Source: Mizuhopecten yessoensis (taxonomy: Eukaryota). Taken from it: 64,000 nt of DNA. Within the stretch, counting starts at the first letter, position 1; each line of letters starts with the position of its first letter. Location: contig NW_018408880.1 in assembly GCF_002113885.1 (NCBI RefSeq), positions 1,728,966 through 1,792,965 on the forward strand, written 5' to 3'. Positions 37,136 to 48,060 of this stretch are shown one piece after another. The notes below the pieces were generated by a model that saw only the letters and a list, made by a program, of their open reading frames with translations, did not search any database and had not been told where the DNA came from. Both the position numbers and the translations under genes were made by a program.

Positions 37136-39388
37136 GCGACTGTTCTTTATTCCACTTGCATGGACAAATTATAAACATTATAAACAGTATTTTATTTAAT
37201 CCATTGGTGATTACCAGGAAGTGTTAATGTTTAACTTTCTTTGTTTTAATGTATATCAAAATATTTCTCAAGTTTGTATGCATTATGTCATTAATTAAAC
37301 TCATTCACACCTCGATTTTAACAATAGACTGTCCAATTCATTGTCTTGGAAGAGTTTATGTGTGACTTTAGGGGTCAATGGATTAAAATATACCGTGGCT
37401 ACCATTTTAACAAACAAATTACTAACAACAGCTCAAACAAACACCATCATTCATGTAGGTGAAATGCAAATACTCTAACAATGTTTTTTTTATTTCAAAG
37501 ATTCTTTGCAATGTTTAAGTTATTTTAATTCTTTAACAAGTAAGATTTTACTAATGGCAAACACCATCAATGTTGTAAGTTAAATGTTCGCCATGCATAC
37601 ACATTGTCTACATTTACAAACATCTGATCTTTTTCAACTTCTAAAAATTTAACAAATACTTTTGTATCAGGTACATTTTTTTATTTCAAAGTTCTTTGCG
37701 ATGTTTAAGTTGACTTAATTCCTTAATAAATAAGATTTTACCAATGAATTTCAAATTTGTTTAATTATATACACCAGTTCTCATAAACTGGCAATACCTG
37801 AACCAGTCTCTTATACTGTTTACCGAGTTGGATCCATGTACCACATAGCTGTTGTTCTTACTCCTACTAAACAATACAAAAGCTTTAAAAACATTTTTTG
37901 ATGATAAGTGTGAAGGGATGAAGTTGATGAAACATGCATTTTTGAAAAATTATTTCAATTAATAAGATTGTAAAGAAGAATGCATATGAACAACCCTTAC
38001 AGAATAGGATATTTTTTTCTATGGAATTTAGTTTTCATGATTTGTGTTCAGCTTTCTCCATTATTTCAATAACATTATCAACATGTTATTATCTAAACTT
38101 ACCATAGACAGAAATTATCATTATCATGACAATAATGATAATAAAATATGAAACTATAAGCACATCAACAGAGCTATCTGCATTCAAACTTTATGAGCTA
38201 ATAAGTTAGTGAGGTAAAACATATCTTCACTTTCTAATACATTTTACGCAAACTATTTTGTTTTTAAAGTAACTTTTCCATGAATATACACATATAAAAG
38301 AAAATAACTGTTTTTAATTTTAATGCAGAATAGGATGATAAAACAACAATTCAATTTTGTATTTGCGGTGTTTCACATTGTAAATCCCATCATTAGAATA
38401 CAAAAGTACCTTTGTGAGTGCTGTGTATTTATATAACAATGTTGAACAAAATTAAATTCCTGCGAAACTGTTTTGGGTTGTATCCAGCCCTTGTTTGGCG
38501 TGGATTCATTAATTAAGGAGTGGGTCAAGGGCTGGACTTGATAGGGACACAAGCTTCAGGGGTTGCAAAAAGCAAAAGTATTTTCATGTTTCAAACTTTA
38601 GTGGATACCGGCGTACGAAAGTATAGGCAGCTATCCATCTGTTTTGATAAAGACAACCCTGAAATATACATGATGTAGTCCCCCCCCCCCCAACTAAACA
38701 ACTATACAGTACCTCCTTCAAATTCCCAGAAAAAATGAGTCAAATTCAGTTTTTAGAAAAGACTTAATGGGAAAAGAAATGAATGGTAATAGAATAAGAA
38801 ACTTTTTTTTTCTTTTCATTTGGTCGTATGAAGGAAAAAAACAACTTCTAACATTGATGCAAATTAAATTAGCAGAACAATCGACCGCTGTGTGAAACAG
38901 TTAGGAAACACAGACAAAAATATCACTAATTCTGTAACTGGCAAACACGAAGGAATATTTAGCTATACATAGGTTTTTATAAATTAAACAAAGAATATCT
39001 TTCTTATCACAAAGAAAATCACACCAATAGATATTTTGAGCAAATAATACTGAACATAAATAAATAATTTAAATATCTTTAACACCGAACGTGATTAAAT
39101 TTTCAAAACGTGAACTTTGTGTGTCAGAGTAAACACAACAGACACGTATACGTAAGAACTATGAGAATTATCACAAGAAAATATTACACAATGACTAAAA
39201 ATATATGCACTATTGTTAGGGAAAATAACAGGTATGGAATAACCATAAACATGTATATATATAGGTTGTTTTTGAAACTTAAAGTTAAACAATAAACACT
39301 CTGTATAAAATGAAATATTTGTGGGTATTACGGTTTGTAGTTTCACGTTTACAAACCATTTTGTAGAGGGATTTATAAGTGATTTAAA

Positions 39389-39598
39389 TTATTCACTCCC
39401 TACGACACATTTGAACTCTTCCAACTCAAAGGTTGAAATATATATAGTTCATTATGATATTTCAGGGGTGAATGAGTTTAGTAAGTCCATGAGTGTAAAG
39501 TTAGTTAACCCTTCTCCCGATGTAAATTTAGTAGATTATATTCTACCATGCATTGATCTGGATGTGTCCATTATGGTCTACATTGGTGAAAGGGTTAA
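39389..39598. mobile_element. Adjacent MITE family A (39389-39480) and family B (39505-39598) copies downstream of the zinc-finger stop codon
   Basis: Internal sequences match the 5100 and 36848 copies in reverse orientation. Confidence 0.8.
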
Positions 39599-39796
39599 TT
39601 TTTACACATATTTGTAAAACCATAATTTTGTTATTTCCCTGTATCGGCAAAACTCAGGAATGAATGTAAATAAATACGAATATTTCAGATTATACAGCAT
39701 GAGTTCGCAAAAACAACCTGCTCAATAGTTGAAAAATACATGAATATCTGAATTTATATATTAGATCAAGATGACCTTCTCATGAGTATTCCTCAT

Positions 39797-41650
39797 TTAA
39801 CCATCCATGGTAGGTTCGAGGTGCCACACTAAATGTGCCGTGAACTCGAGGCGATTCCCAAGCTTCTTCAAGCATTTCCTACAGGTGAAGGGATCCGATT
39901 CATCCGCGGAGTGAAGGGAATTGTGCAACAAACTCATGGCATAATCCTCAAACCATATACAGCAATGCTCGCACCGCATCATCTTTTTCACCTGAGTTCC
40001 TGCAGGTACTTTGTTGACCGTACTTGGACCCGCTGGAAGTGTTGTCAGGGTGCTACCCCAGGCTGTTCGAGTGGAATTTACCAGTTTTGTTACATTAGAA
40101 CTATTTTCTGTAACGCCTGTGGTTATTCCGGGGCTAGAACTGACAGCGTTGATGGTAGAAATTGGAACGTACGACTTTAATTTGGCTCGTAACTTCTGTT
40201 GCATGGCTGCCTTGTAGCTTGCTGGTCCAATAACTTTAAATTTCATCTTCTTCACCCCGGTGGATGAGCGAGGCCCCACCACCACTTCCTGAAGCTTTGG
40301 GGTCGTAGAATCATTATTTTGAACTTTAGAATTTGAAATTTCTTGTTCATTTGTCTTTGATACTGATTTTTCTTCATTTTTATCGTTTATCTTACTGCCG
40401 TTGTTTTTAGATTTCTCACCCTCGTCCGATTCGTCATCATCATCATCCATAGTTTGACATTCCTTACTTAAGTCACTTGACGTCCCGTTACCTGCAGCAT
40501 CCACAGGTACTTCAATCTCATCAGCATCTTTTGGTTCCTGTTTGATTTTTTTCAGGTCTGACGGTAAAATAAACATGTTCATATCATCAGTGAAAGTAGT
40601 CGTGGACTGATATTCATTGTATCCGTCGCCATTGTTTGCTTCGCTCGCATTATTCTCACCAAAAGATTCTACTTCCTTCTTCTCTGAATCCCCACCTCCA
40701 TATGAAGAGAGTTCCATCTCATTCTGCACAGCGTTTGAAATGGCATCTTTGATGATGCTCTCCATAGCAATATCTTCACTGAGTTGGAAATCGGCTGGTA
40801 GACCATTGGCTTTTTCATCTTTAGCTGCGATGCGGTGAACATTATTCTGAGGCACTGTATCCCGTTTTCCAGAGAAATCTTCGGGAACTTGGGGCTGGGG
40901 GCCCAAACTAAATTTAGCAAGGCCAGTGACAGGATTTTCATCATCTTCTGGTATACTGGGCTCTTTTTTGATGATCACACCATTTTCTGTGACCTCAGTT
41001 GTCGGGGGATACAAAGACAGATGACTTTCCTTATGAGTATGAAGCTGCGTGATCAAGTCGAACGCCTCGCCGCATCGGTGACAAGTAAACACTGTTGAGA
41101 CTCCATGACTCTGCTGCAGGTGGGAGTGTAAGGTTTGACGGCGCAGAAACTTCATGTCACAGAGGCGACAAACATTTCTTTGTTTCTGAGGCATATGAAC
41201 CTTCAGATGTTGTTTGACGTGATCGGAGCGAGTAAATCTGCGACCACAGATATTGCACGCGTACGGCCGTTCTCCGCTATGTACTCTAACATGGCGTTGT
41301 AATTTTGACGGTGTCGAGTAAGTTTTCCCACAAACATAACAAGAATGCGATGTTGACTTACCCCTCGAGTGTGTCGCTATGTGGTTCTGCATTTCGACTG
41401 GCGTATCAAACTGCCGTGCACAAAATCTGCACATAAATTTCGTGACTACCTGTACTGTATACTTGTCTTTATTGGAAGGTGTGGCCGTCGCAGTAATCAT
41501 CGACTTCTCCACACTTGACCTTGTCCAAACACTGGATCGCGTGGCAACAGACGATGTTGACGCCTCCCCATTCATTGACTGATCATCCTCCTTGACCTCT
41601 TTCTTAATTGCTTCAGGGTCAAGGTTACCTGTTGTGGCCTCTCCATTCAT
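39797..41650 (-). CDS. C2H2 zinc-finger transcription factor: 5 N-terminal fingers plus Ikaros/Hunchback-type C-terminal finger pair; single coding exon, 617 aa
   Basis: Uninterrupted ORF. Fingers CRFC..H..H, CYVC..HVRVH, linker SGERPY, CNIC..RSDHVKQH, CRLC and CHRC. Acidic linker with IKKE/IKQE SUMO-type motifs. C-terminus CEHCCIWFEDYAMSLLHNSLH..DPFTCRKC..NRLEFTAHLVWH. Acceptor TTTTCAG at 41700-41706. Confidence 0.92.
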   Translation of the reverse strand: MNGEATTGNLDPEAIKKEVKEDDQSMNGEASTSSVATRSSVWTRSSVEKSMITATATPSNKDKYTVQVVTKFMCRFCARQFDTPVEMQNHIATHSRGKSTSHSCYVCGKTYSTPSKLQRHVRVHSGERPYACNICGRRFTRSDHVKQHLKVHMPQKQRNVCRLCDMKFLRRQTLHSHLQQSHGVSTVFTCHRCGEAFDLITQLHTHKESHLSLYPPTTEVTENGVIIKKEPSIPEDDENPVTGLAKFSLGPQPQVPEDFSGKRDTVPQNNVHRIAAKDEKANGLPADFQLSEDIAMESIIKDAISNAVQNEMELSSYGGGDSEKKEVESFGENNASEANNGDGYNEYQSTTTFTDDMNMFILPSDLKKIKQEPKDADEIEVPVDAAGNGTSSDLSKECQTMDDDDDESDEGEKSKNNGSKINDKNEEKSVSKTNEQEISNSKVQNNDSTTPKLQEVVVGPRSSTGVKKMKFKVIGPASYKAAMQQKLRAKLKSYVPISTINAVSSSPGITTGVTENSSNVTKLVNSTRTAWGSTLTTLPAGPSTVNKVPAGTQVKKMMRCEHCCIWFEDYAMSLLHNSLHSADESDPFTCRKCLKKLGNRLEFTAHLVWHLEPTMDG

Positions 41651-42593
41651 TGGTTGATATATATAGTAAGCTTTCAGGTAGTGGATTTTAAATCTTCATC
41701 TGAAAAGTGAAAAAAATGACTTTTTTAACATTTTGAACATGTATATATGAATGACAAATTCTTTCTCACAAATCTGAACCTCTTTAAGATTCTAGTAGCA
41801 CTGTTTTAGTCACGCTATTTACAGGGGAGGAAACAGGGGCCTGGATTCCCCCGTTCTAGATATTCCGGGGGTTTCTCTCAATTATGTTCTCTGCACCCCT
41901 GGAATGTCATAGCAAAAGCACACAACTAGCTATTTGATTGGTGAAAAAACCTGACCAATCAATAGGCTGATACCGGGTCCTTTGAGGATTACAGAGGAGC
42001 GACCCCTGACTTCAAAGACAGTCAAAGAGCTATGGCGGAAAACTGCCCGTATTTCCCTAAGTCGGCATTTTTGAAAACGGAAAAAAATATTGATGAGTTA
42101 ATAATCTTTAGTAGCAAAAATGCATGGAATAGATATAAAACCAATTGAATATGAAATTTTGAACTGTTGAGATATTCGATATTGTTAAATATAATACTAC
42201 AAATATAGCCATATTCACTATATCTATGAAAGTGAAGGGGTTTCCTAGACTTAAAAAAATATTTTCAATACTTTCCCATCCTGGGACCAACTTTTGAATA
42301 AACTTTTTGATTCCGTGATGTAAAATGCAAAATTAAATTGTATGACGGAAAAGTGGTCCTCCTTATTATCACAAAGATATAACCAAACATGCGGGAAAAT
42401 TCATCGTCGAGGACAGTTTCATTTGTTTTAAATGCAGGAAGACTGCAGCACAAAGTTAGGAGCGCAATACACGTGTAAGACATGCTATTCGAAAACTGTA
42501 TGTAATTTTATCATTCCAAGGTAAAGGAAGAACAAAATCAAAATGTGTGTTTTTAAGAAAACAGGTAACGGCATGAAGTAGGCAGTAGTAATG

Positions 42594-43581
42594 ACAAGAG
42601 GGCCTGTATCGCTCACCTGAATATATTTAAGCAGTCATAGCAAAATATTCTCATTAAATATTATATTGCATTAAAAATATTTCCCTCGCAAACTTTGTTG
42701 GCTCCATCTGTTGAAACTACCAGCAAAATATTATTATAAGATTCTATGCTTTTTTATTCTTCTTCAGAAGTTGCTTGACATATTTTTCCCTGTGACCTTG
42801 TAAGTAGGTCAAGTCATTTTCCTTCTCAAATTGGTTAGCTCTATTACTTAAAGCTACCAGCCAAATCTTATGAATCCATTCCTTTTAGTTCTGAAATACA
42901 AATCCTTTAAAATGTTGTTGACCTATCTGTGACCTCTAAAACAGGTTGAGGTCATTTTCATTCGCAAACTTTGGTGAGCTCTATCCCAGGAAGTCACCAG
43001 CCAAATATTATAATTTTATGCCTTTTAATTCTTCAGAAGAAGTAGTTTGAACTATTTGACATATTTGACCCCTGTGACCTTGAAAGTAGGTCAAGGTAAT
43101 TTTCATTCTCAAACTTTGTTGGGCTCTATCCCAGGAAGCCACCAGCCAAATAAAAAGATTCTATACCTTTTAGTTCTTCAGAAGAAGTCATTTAAAGTGT
43201 TTGACATGTTTGACCCCTGTGACCTTGAAAGTAGATCAATGTCATTTTCATTCTCAAACTTTGTTAAGCTCCATCCCAGGAAGCCATCAGCCAAATATAA
43301 AGATTCTATACCTTTTAGTTCTTCAAAAGAAGTCGTTTTAAGTTTTTGACATATTTGACCCCTGTGACCTTGAAAGTAGGTCAAGGTCATTTTCGTTCTC
43401 AAACTTTGTAGGGTTCTTACCAACAAAGCTTTCAGCCAAATATCATGACTCTAGGCCTGTCCGTTCTTCAGAAGAAGTTGTTTAAAGGAAAAGTTGAAGG
43501 ACGAGGACAGACGGACAGACAGTCGACGGACGCCGCACCATCACATAAGCTCACTTGCCCTTCGGGCAGGTGAGCTAAAAA
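42594..43581 (-). mobile_element. Full-length HINE-like element with ~5 tandem ~140-146-bp TGACCTTG-type core repeats
   Basis: Starts ACAAGAGGGCCTGTATCGCTCACCTG and ends GACAGACGGACAGACA...GCCCTTCGGGCAGGTGAGCTAAAA, the reverse complements of the termini of 29949-31861. Core TGACCCCTGTGACCTTGAAAGTAGGTCAAGG. Confidence 0.8.
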
Positions 43582-44052
43582 CTAAATCCTTTCAAACGTG
43601 TTGGTAAGGATTGTACAATCTTGTGTTTTATACAGCATAACGCGAAATAGGCATTTTGTTGAGTCTTTATCGTGAAACGCATGTATTAGGAGCCATGGCC
43701 TTGAATTCGTCTGTTTACAATAATCTATTCTTAGACAAGGGATTCCGATAGAGCTACCTGTATAGAAATACCTGAGAATGCATCATAACAGTGCACGGTT
43801 GGAAGCGCGCACTATAGCTTTGGGGAAATAGGCATAGCAACTCGCCATAGCTCTTTATCATTACAGGACAGCAAAATGCTTTTGATGTACAATCAAAGGA
43901 TCAAACTGGTCTTCTTGTCTCATCCTCAAAGGACCCGCAAACTGATCCTTCGATTTTGTCATTTACATATCCAAGGTGTGCAGAGAGCGAAAGTGAGTTA
44001 ACCCATGGATATCGAGGATGGGATTTCCCAACCTTGTCTTCTTGTAGCATTA

Positions 44053-44145
44053 TTAACTCATTCACCCCTACTGAAGACACATTTGACCTCTTCCAATTCA
44101 AAGGTTGGTATAGTTCATTATGAATTTTCAAGAGTGAATGAGTTA
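44053..44145. mobile_element. MITE family A copy (reverse orientation)
   Basis: TTAACTCATTCACCCCT...GAGTGAATGAGTTAA. Confidence 0.85.
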
Positions 44146-44349
44146 AAATAAAAACAAACTGAGCTCTGAGGCTAACAAAGAAATACCACCCTCCATGCAT
44201 CCCCCACTCTTTGCCAATGACCTTTGACCCTTTAACCTTGACTGATGACCAACAAAATCTAAACAGGTGTAGAATCTAATTTTACCACACTATGGTGTAA
44301 AAATAAACTTACATTTGTTTAGGGGTTCATGAGATGTCTGGTACACAAC

Positions 44350-44760
44350 TTGGTTTGGTTTAATTTTGTTAAACGTCCTATTAACAGCTAAGGTCATTTA
44401 AAGACGTGCCTCCTTATGTGAGTGTATGCCTTCTTACGTGAGTGTATGTAGGAGACAGAGTATGTTGGTGTGTTTGTCTCCTTGTGATAGCGCGGATTTG
44501 GTGCCGACTTTAAAGTGCTATCTCACTGAAATGCCATACCGAAGGCACCAAGCACAGCGTTCCGCCCGGTCACATTATACTGACAACAGGTTAACCAGTT
44601 GTTGACATTCCCCTTAATGCTGAACGTTAGCAGAGAATAACAAAGTTCTACCATTTTTAAGGACTTTGGTATGTCCCTTCTTGGGGACAGAACCCACTGC
44701 CTTCCTCACCTGGGCGAACGCTCAACATTCAAGCCAAAAGTAAGGTGTTGTCAAACAAGG
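44350..44760 (-). mobile_element. tRNA-derived SINE
   Basis: On the minus strand: GAGCGTTCGCC...GGGTTCTGTCCC tRNA-like head, central CAGTATAATGTGACCGGG and 3' GGACGTTTAAC plus (AAACC)n tail. Confidence 0.65.
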
Positions 44761-45264
44761 CGCTAGGAAATAATAGGTAGGGAGCAGCAGATTTATTTTG
44801 GTCGCTATTGTGTCCCCAAATAGAGGACACCAAAGCAAATCCCCCATTCTGCAGGGGGTACAAACTTTTTACTTCAACAGCGGAAAAGTGATGATTGACT
44901 GTGACCTTTGACCTTGAACCTTGACAAATGACCAGCAAATTCATTTAATTGTTTCCTATCAGTGGCAGAAATCTATTGCCAAAGTTTGCAACTGACATCA
45001 GCTCACAGAAATAGTCATAGCAGACAAATCTGGTTTTTTTCCCCATTGTTGTTTGAATTATTTAAGCAAAACTATTAGTAACCACGTCATATGTTTTTCC
45101 ATTCTTTTGGGATATATTCTTGGTAAATAATTTGTACCCTTTCTAAAATATCTACATTACGTCTTGTTATATTTGCAATATCGGAATCAAATTTTCGTAA
45201 AAATCTGTATTAGAAGTTGGAGGAAAAGATTTAATCATTCTGTACAGTTGGTATGGGGAGGGTC

Positions 45265-45603
45265 ATCCTGGATATCCAGGGGCTATGTTCACTTTTGCAC
45301 TCTGCACCCCTAGAATATGTCATAGCAAAATTGAAGGCAAAAAGATAGCTGTTTGATTGGTCTCAGGTAAAAAAAAACTGACCAATCGCTAGGCTGATAC
45401 CTGTCCTTTGAAGATTACAAAAGAGACCGCCCGACTTCAAAGCCTGTCAGTTTTTACCATTTTGATGTACATCAAAGGATCGAACTAGTCTTCTTGTCTC
45501 ATCAACAAGGTGGCAAAAACCAGCCTCCAATTTTGCTGACATATTTCAGGGGTGCAAAGAGCGAAAGTGAGCAAGTGAGCGTAACCCCTGGATATCGAGG
45601 ATG
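45265..45603. mobile_element. ~340-bp MITE family D
   Basis: TIRs CATCCTGGATATCCAGGGG ... CCCCTGGATATCGAGGATG plus inner IR (CACTTTTGCACTCTGCACCCCT/AGGGGTGCAAAGAGCGAAAGTG). Related copies at ~41860-42025, ~43875-44020, 55949-56271 and partly ~14230-14340. Confidence 0.8.
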
Positions 45604-46653
45604 GGGAAGGTTATGGAAATTCTAATTAATTCAGGTTCATAACTCCAAGCTGCAAGCCTAAGATTTGACAGGGTTAATAAAAAAAATTATATTTAAAAAA
45701 TACTAAACTAATTTAAATTTATTTTTTGAATATAATTAAAATTAAGTACTAATGATATACAATAATTCAAAATCAAATTTTTAGAAATCATGTTTATCCT
45801 AATTTAAAACCATAATATTTGATTGAAAAAGTTAATTAATAACAGAAATAAGTATTTTAATAGTTATCTTAAAAATCTATTTCATAAACTGAAATCAAAA
45901 AGTGATCCATGCAGATGAAATATACATTATTTTTCTCTTATTCTGAATAATTTTCATATATTTTCCCTCCGCGGCCCCCTTTCTGGACTTTATACAACAA
46001 TGGGCTATAAATAGATACACTGTATATTCGGGGATTTTAGCTCGTTACCTCGACGAAGGAAATAAACATGATCCGGAAATAAATGGACCGATTTCGATGC
46101 AAGAAAACAAGTGCTCTATCTAACTTTACATATTTTAATTTAATTAAGATATTCCGAGCTAAATTTTAGCCCTATTTTCCATAGTTTTGCAGTCTATTTC
46201 CGCAAACTTGTATATATATTCAATACACATACGCACACAGCTACATATACCAGTGACCTCACTTTGCCCTAGGGGCCAACTACACAGCGCCACCTATCGT
46301 GGGTCACGGAAATAATTTATGCGCTATGTTTATCCCCGTAATGACCGTAGCAAACTGCCCTTTTTATTCTAGAACACAATGAAACTCAAAACTAGAAATT
46401 GACCCAACACACGTTTAAAAACAAGCTTGGCATTTCTGTGATAGATATCAGCTGATATGCATAACATGTGTAAGGTCTGTCGCCGTCAAAATGAAACCGA
46501 ACCACAGCCCCTAGTAGGCTTATGCACTGCGTCTGACAGCAGTGTGTCATGGCGTCGAGAAGGGACCCGACCCTTTCTCAACATTTGCTTACGTTTTCAA
46601 TGAAAATAAGACAATTTTGTAACTAAACGTATATACAAGTATCAATATTGTGT

Positions 46654-46860
46654 ACTTACGCTGACGGAGAGGCCGTCTAGGGGGCGAATCCACGACCCGG
46701 TGTATGCATGGACCCTGATTTACCTACGGTAGCCACAGGTCCCTGCCTGTTTGCGAGCCAGCTAGTAAACCTGTGAAGCCAGCTCGCTACCAACTAGGGA
46801 TTAATAAGGGAGACCAGTCAGCTCGCTCAGCCGGGATCTATTTCCAGGATGGGGTCTTGC
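46654..46860 (-). promoter_or_regulatory. Candidate non-coding first exon and promoter of the zinc-finger gene
   Basis: Minus-strand donor GTAAGT at 46659-46654 next to a locally GC/CpG-rich island; compatible with the acceptor at 41700. Confidence 0.45.
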
Positions 46861-47339
46861 AGGGGGGAAAGGTATCGGAATACTTCAGGGGCTAAATAGA
46901 ATAAAACCCAGCTACATGTAATAATTATTTTACTTTTAAACGTACATGTTGTGATGCAAAAAGGCACGAATCTGGATTGAACGTTAATTACAAAATATAT
47001 CATATTAGATAATTGCAATTTTATATTGCAAAAAATGTATAATAATATACAATCAAGTTTTTTGTTTTCTAAAACATCACCCATGAATTCAGCCAAGAAG
47101 TTTTCCAATGAATTAAATATGTTTTAAATAAAATATATACATATCAATACTTTTTAAATGACTAAATATTGGAGTCACAGAAAAATGTATGTTTAAATGG
47201 CGAATATAAATTCAGTTATTATAGACATTTTAAAATTGTTTAAAGATTATATTAATATCCTAAAAATGTCCAGAGGTTCACCTCCCTGAGCTAATATTGC
47301 TCCCGTATGCAAGTCCTTCCTTCCGCCCACACATGCAAC

Positions 47340-48060
47340 CAGTGATACATGCGTACCCTCGCGTGGAAAAACCCGCTTTCTATTCTCACTGAAACCATCT
47401 ATCCTTCTGTACATACGATACCCTTCATCCACACGCACATACCCTCACACACATGCATATTCCTGCTGCCCTCATGCATATTAATCTGTCACCCCATCTC
47501 TCGTGCTATCCTTCATACAGGTATACATACACATCTTAATTGTTTCCCCCTCCTTCATACACACGCGCATACCCTCTTCCAATATACACTGATTCACACA
47601 TGTGCGTTCGCAGTCATACTTTCTGTATGTCACATACGTGCATGCACACGTCATTCACATGCACGCGGATCACATACATACATACGTACGCATACTGCTT
47701 TCCTTTCACACACGTAGATACCCCCAACCTAAACACGCGGATCACATATGGTGTTCTGGTATATATACACTTATACTGCCTTTCCTTCACACACGTGCAA
47801 AATTGCCTCATCGTATAGACCACAAACATTTATTCGATCTCCGTTTCACACACATGTGTACACACTTTTGTATTACTCCTATCCCCATTGAAAGTCCATA
47901 GTCCGCATTAAGATTACCCTCACTCGTCAAAATAACCCCCATTGTAGACCCTCTCACACGCTTATGTAAGCATAAGAATGTTCTCATTTCCACACGAATC
48001 CACACATGCACGCATTTCTCCCTCACACTCACGTCACCCTCACTAACCCTCTCATTGACG
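47340..48060 (+). repeat. CA/TA-rich low-complexity region
   Basis: Degenerate CACAC/CATAC repeats that give His/Thr-rich pseudo-ORFs. Confidence 0.7.

Noticed and set aside
39833-41582. Plus-strand ORFs overlapping the zinc-finger CDS (likewise those within GALNT)
   Set aside because: Antisense shadows of genuine coding sequence.
39797-41650. Naming the zinc finger TRPS1, Ikaros or hunchback
   Set aside because: There is no GATA finger and the N-terminal fingers do not match those families; only the C-terminal pair is shared.
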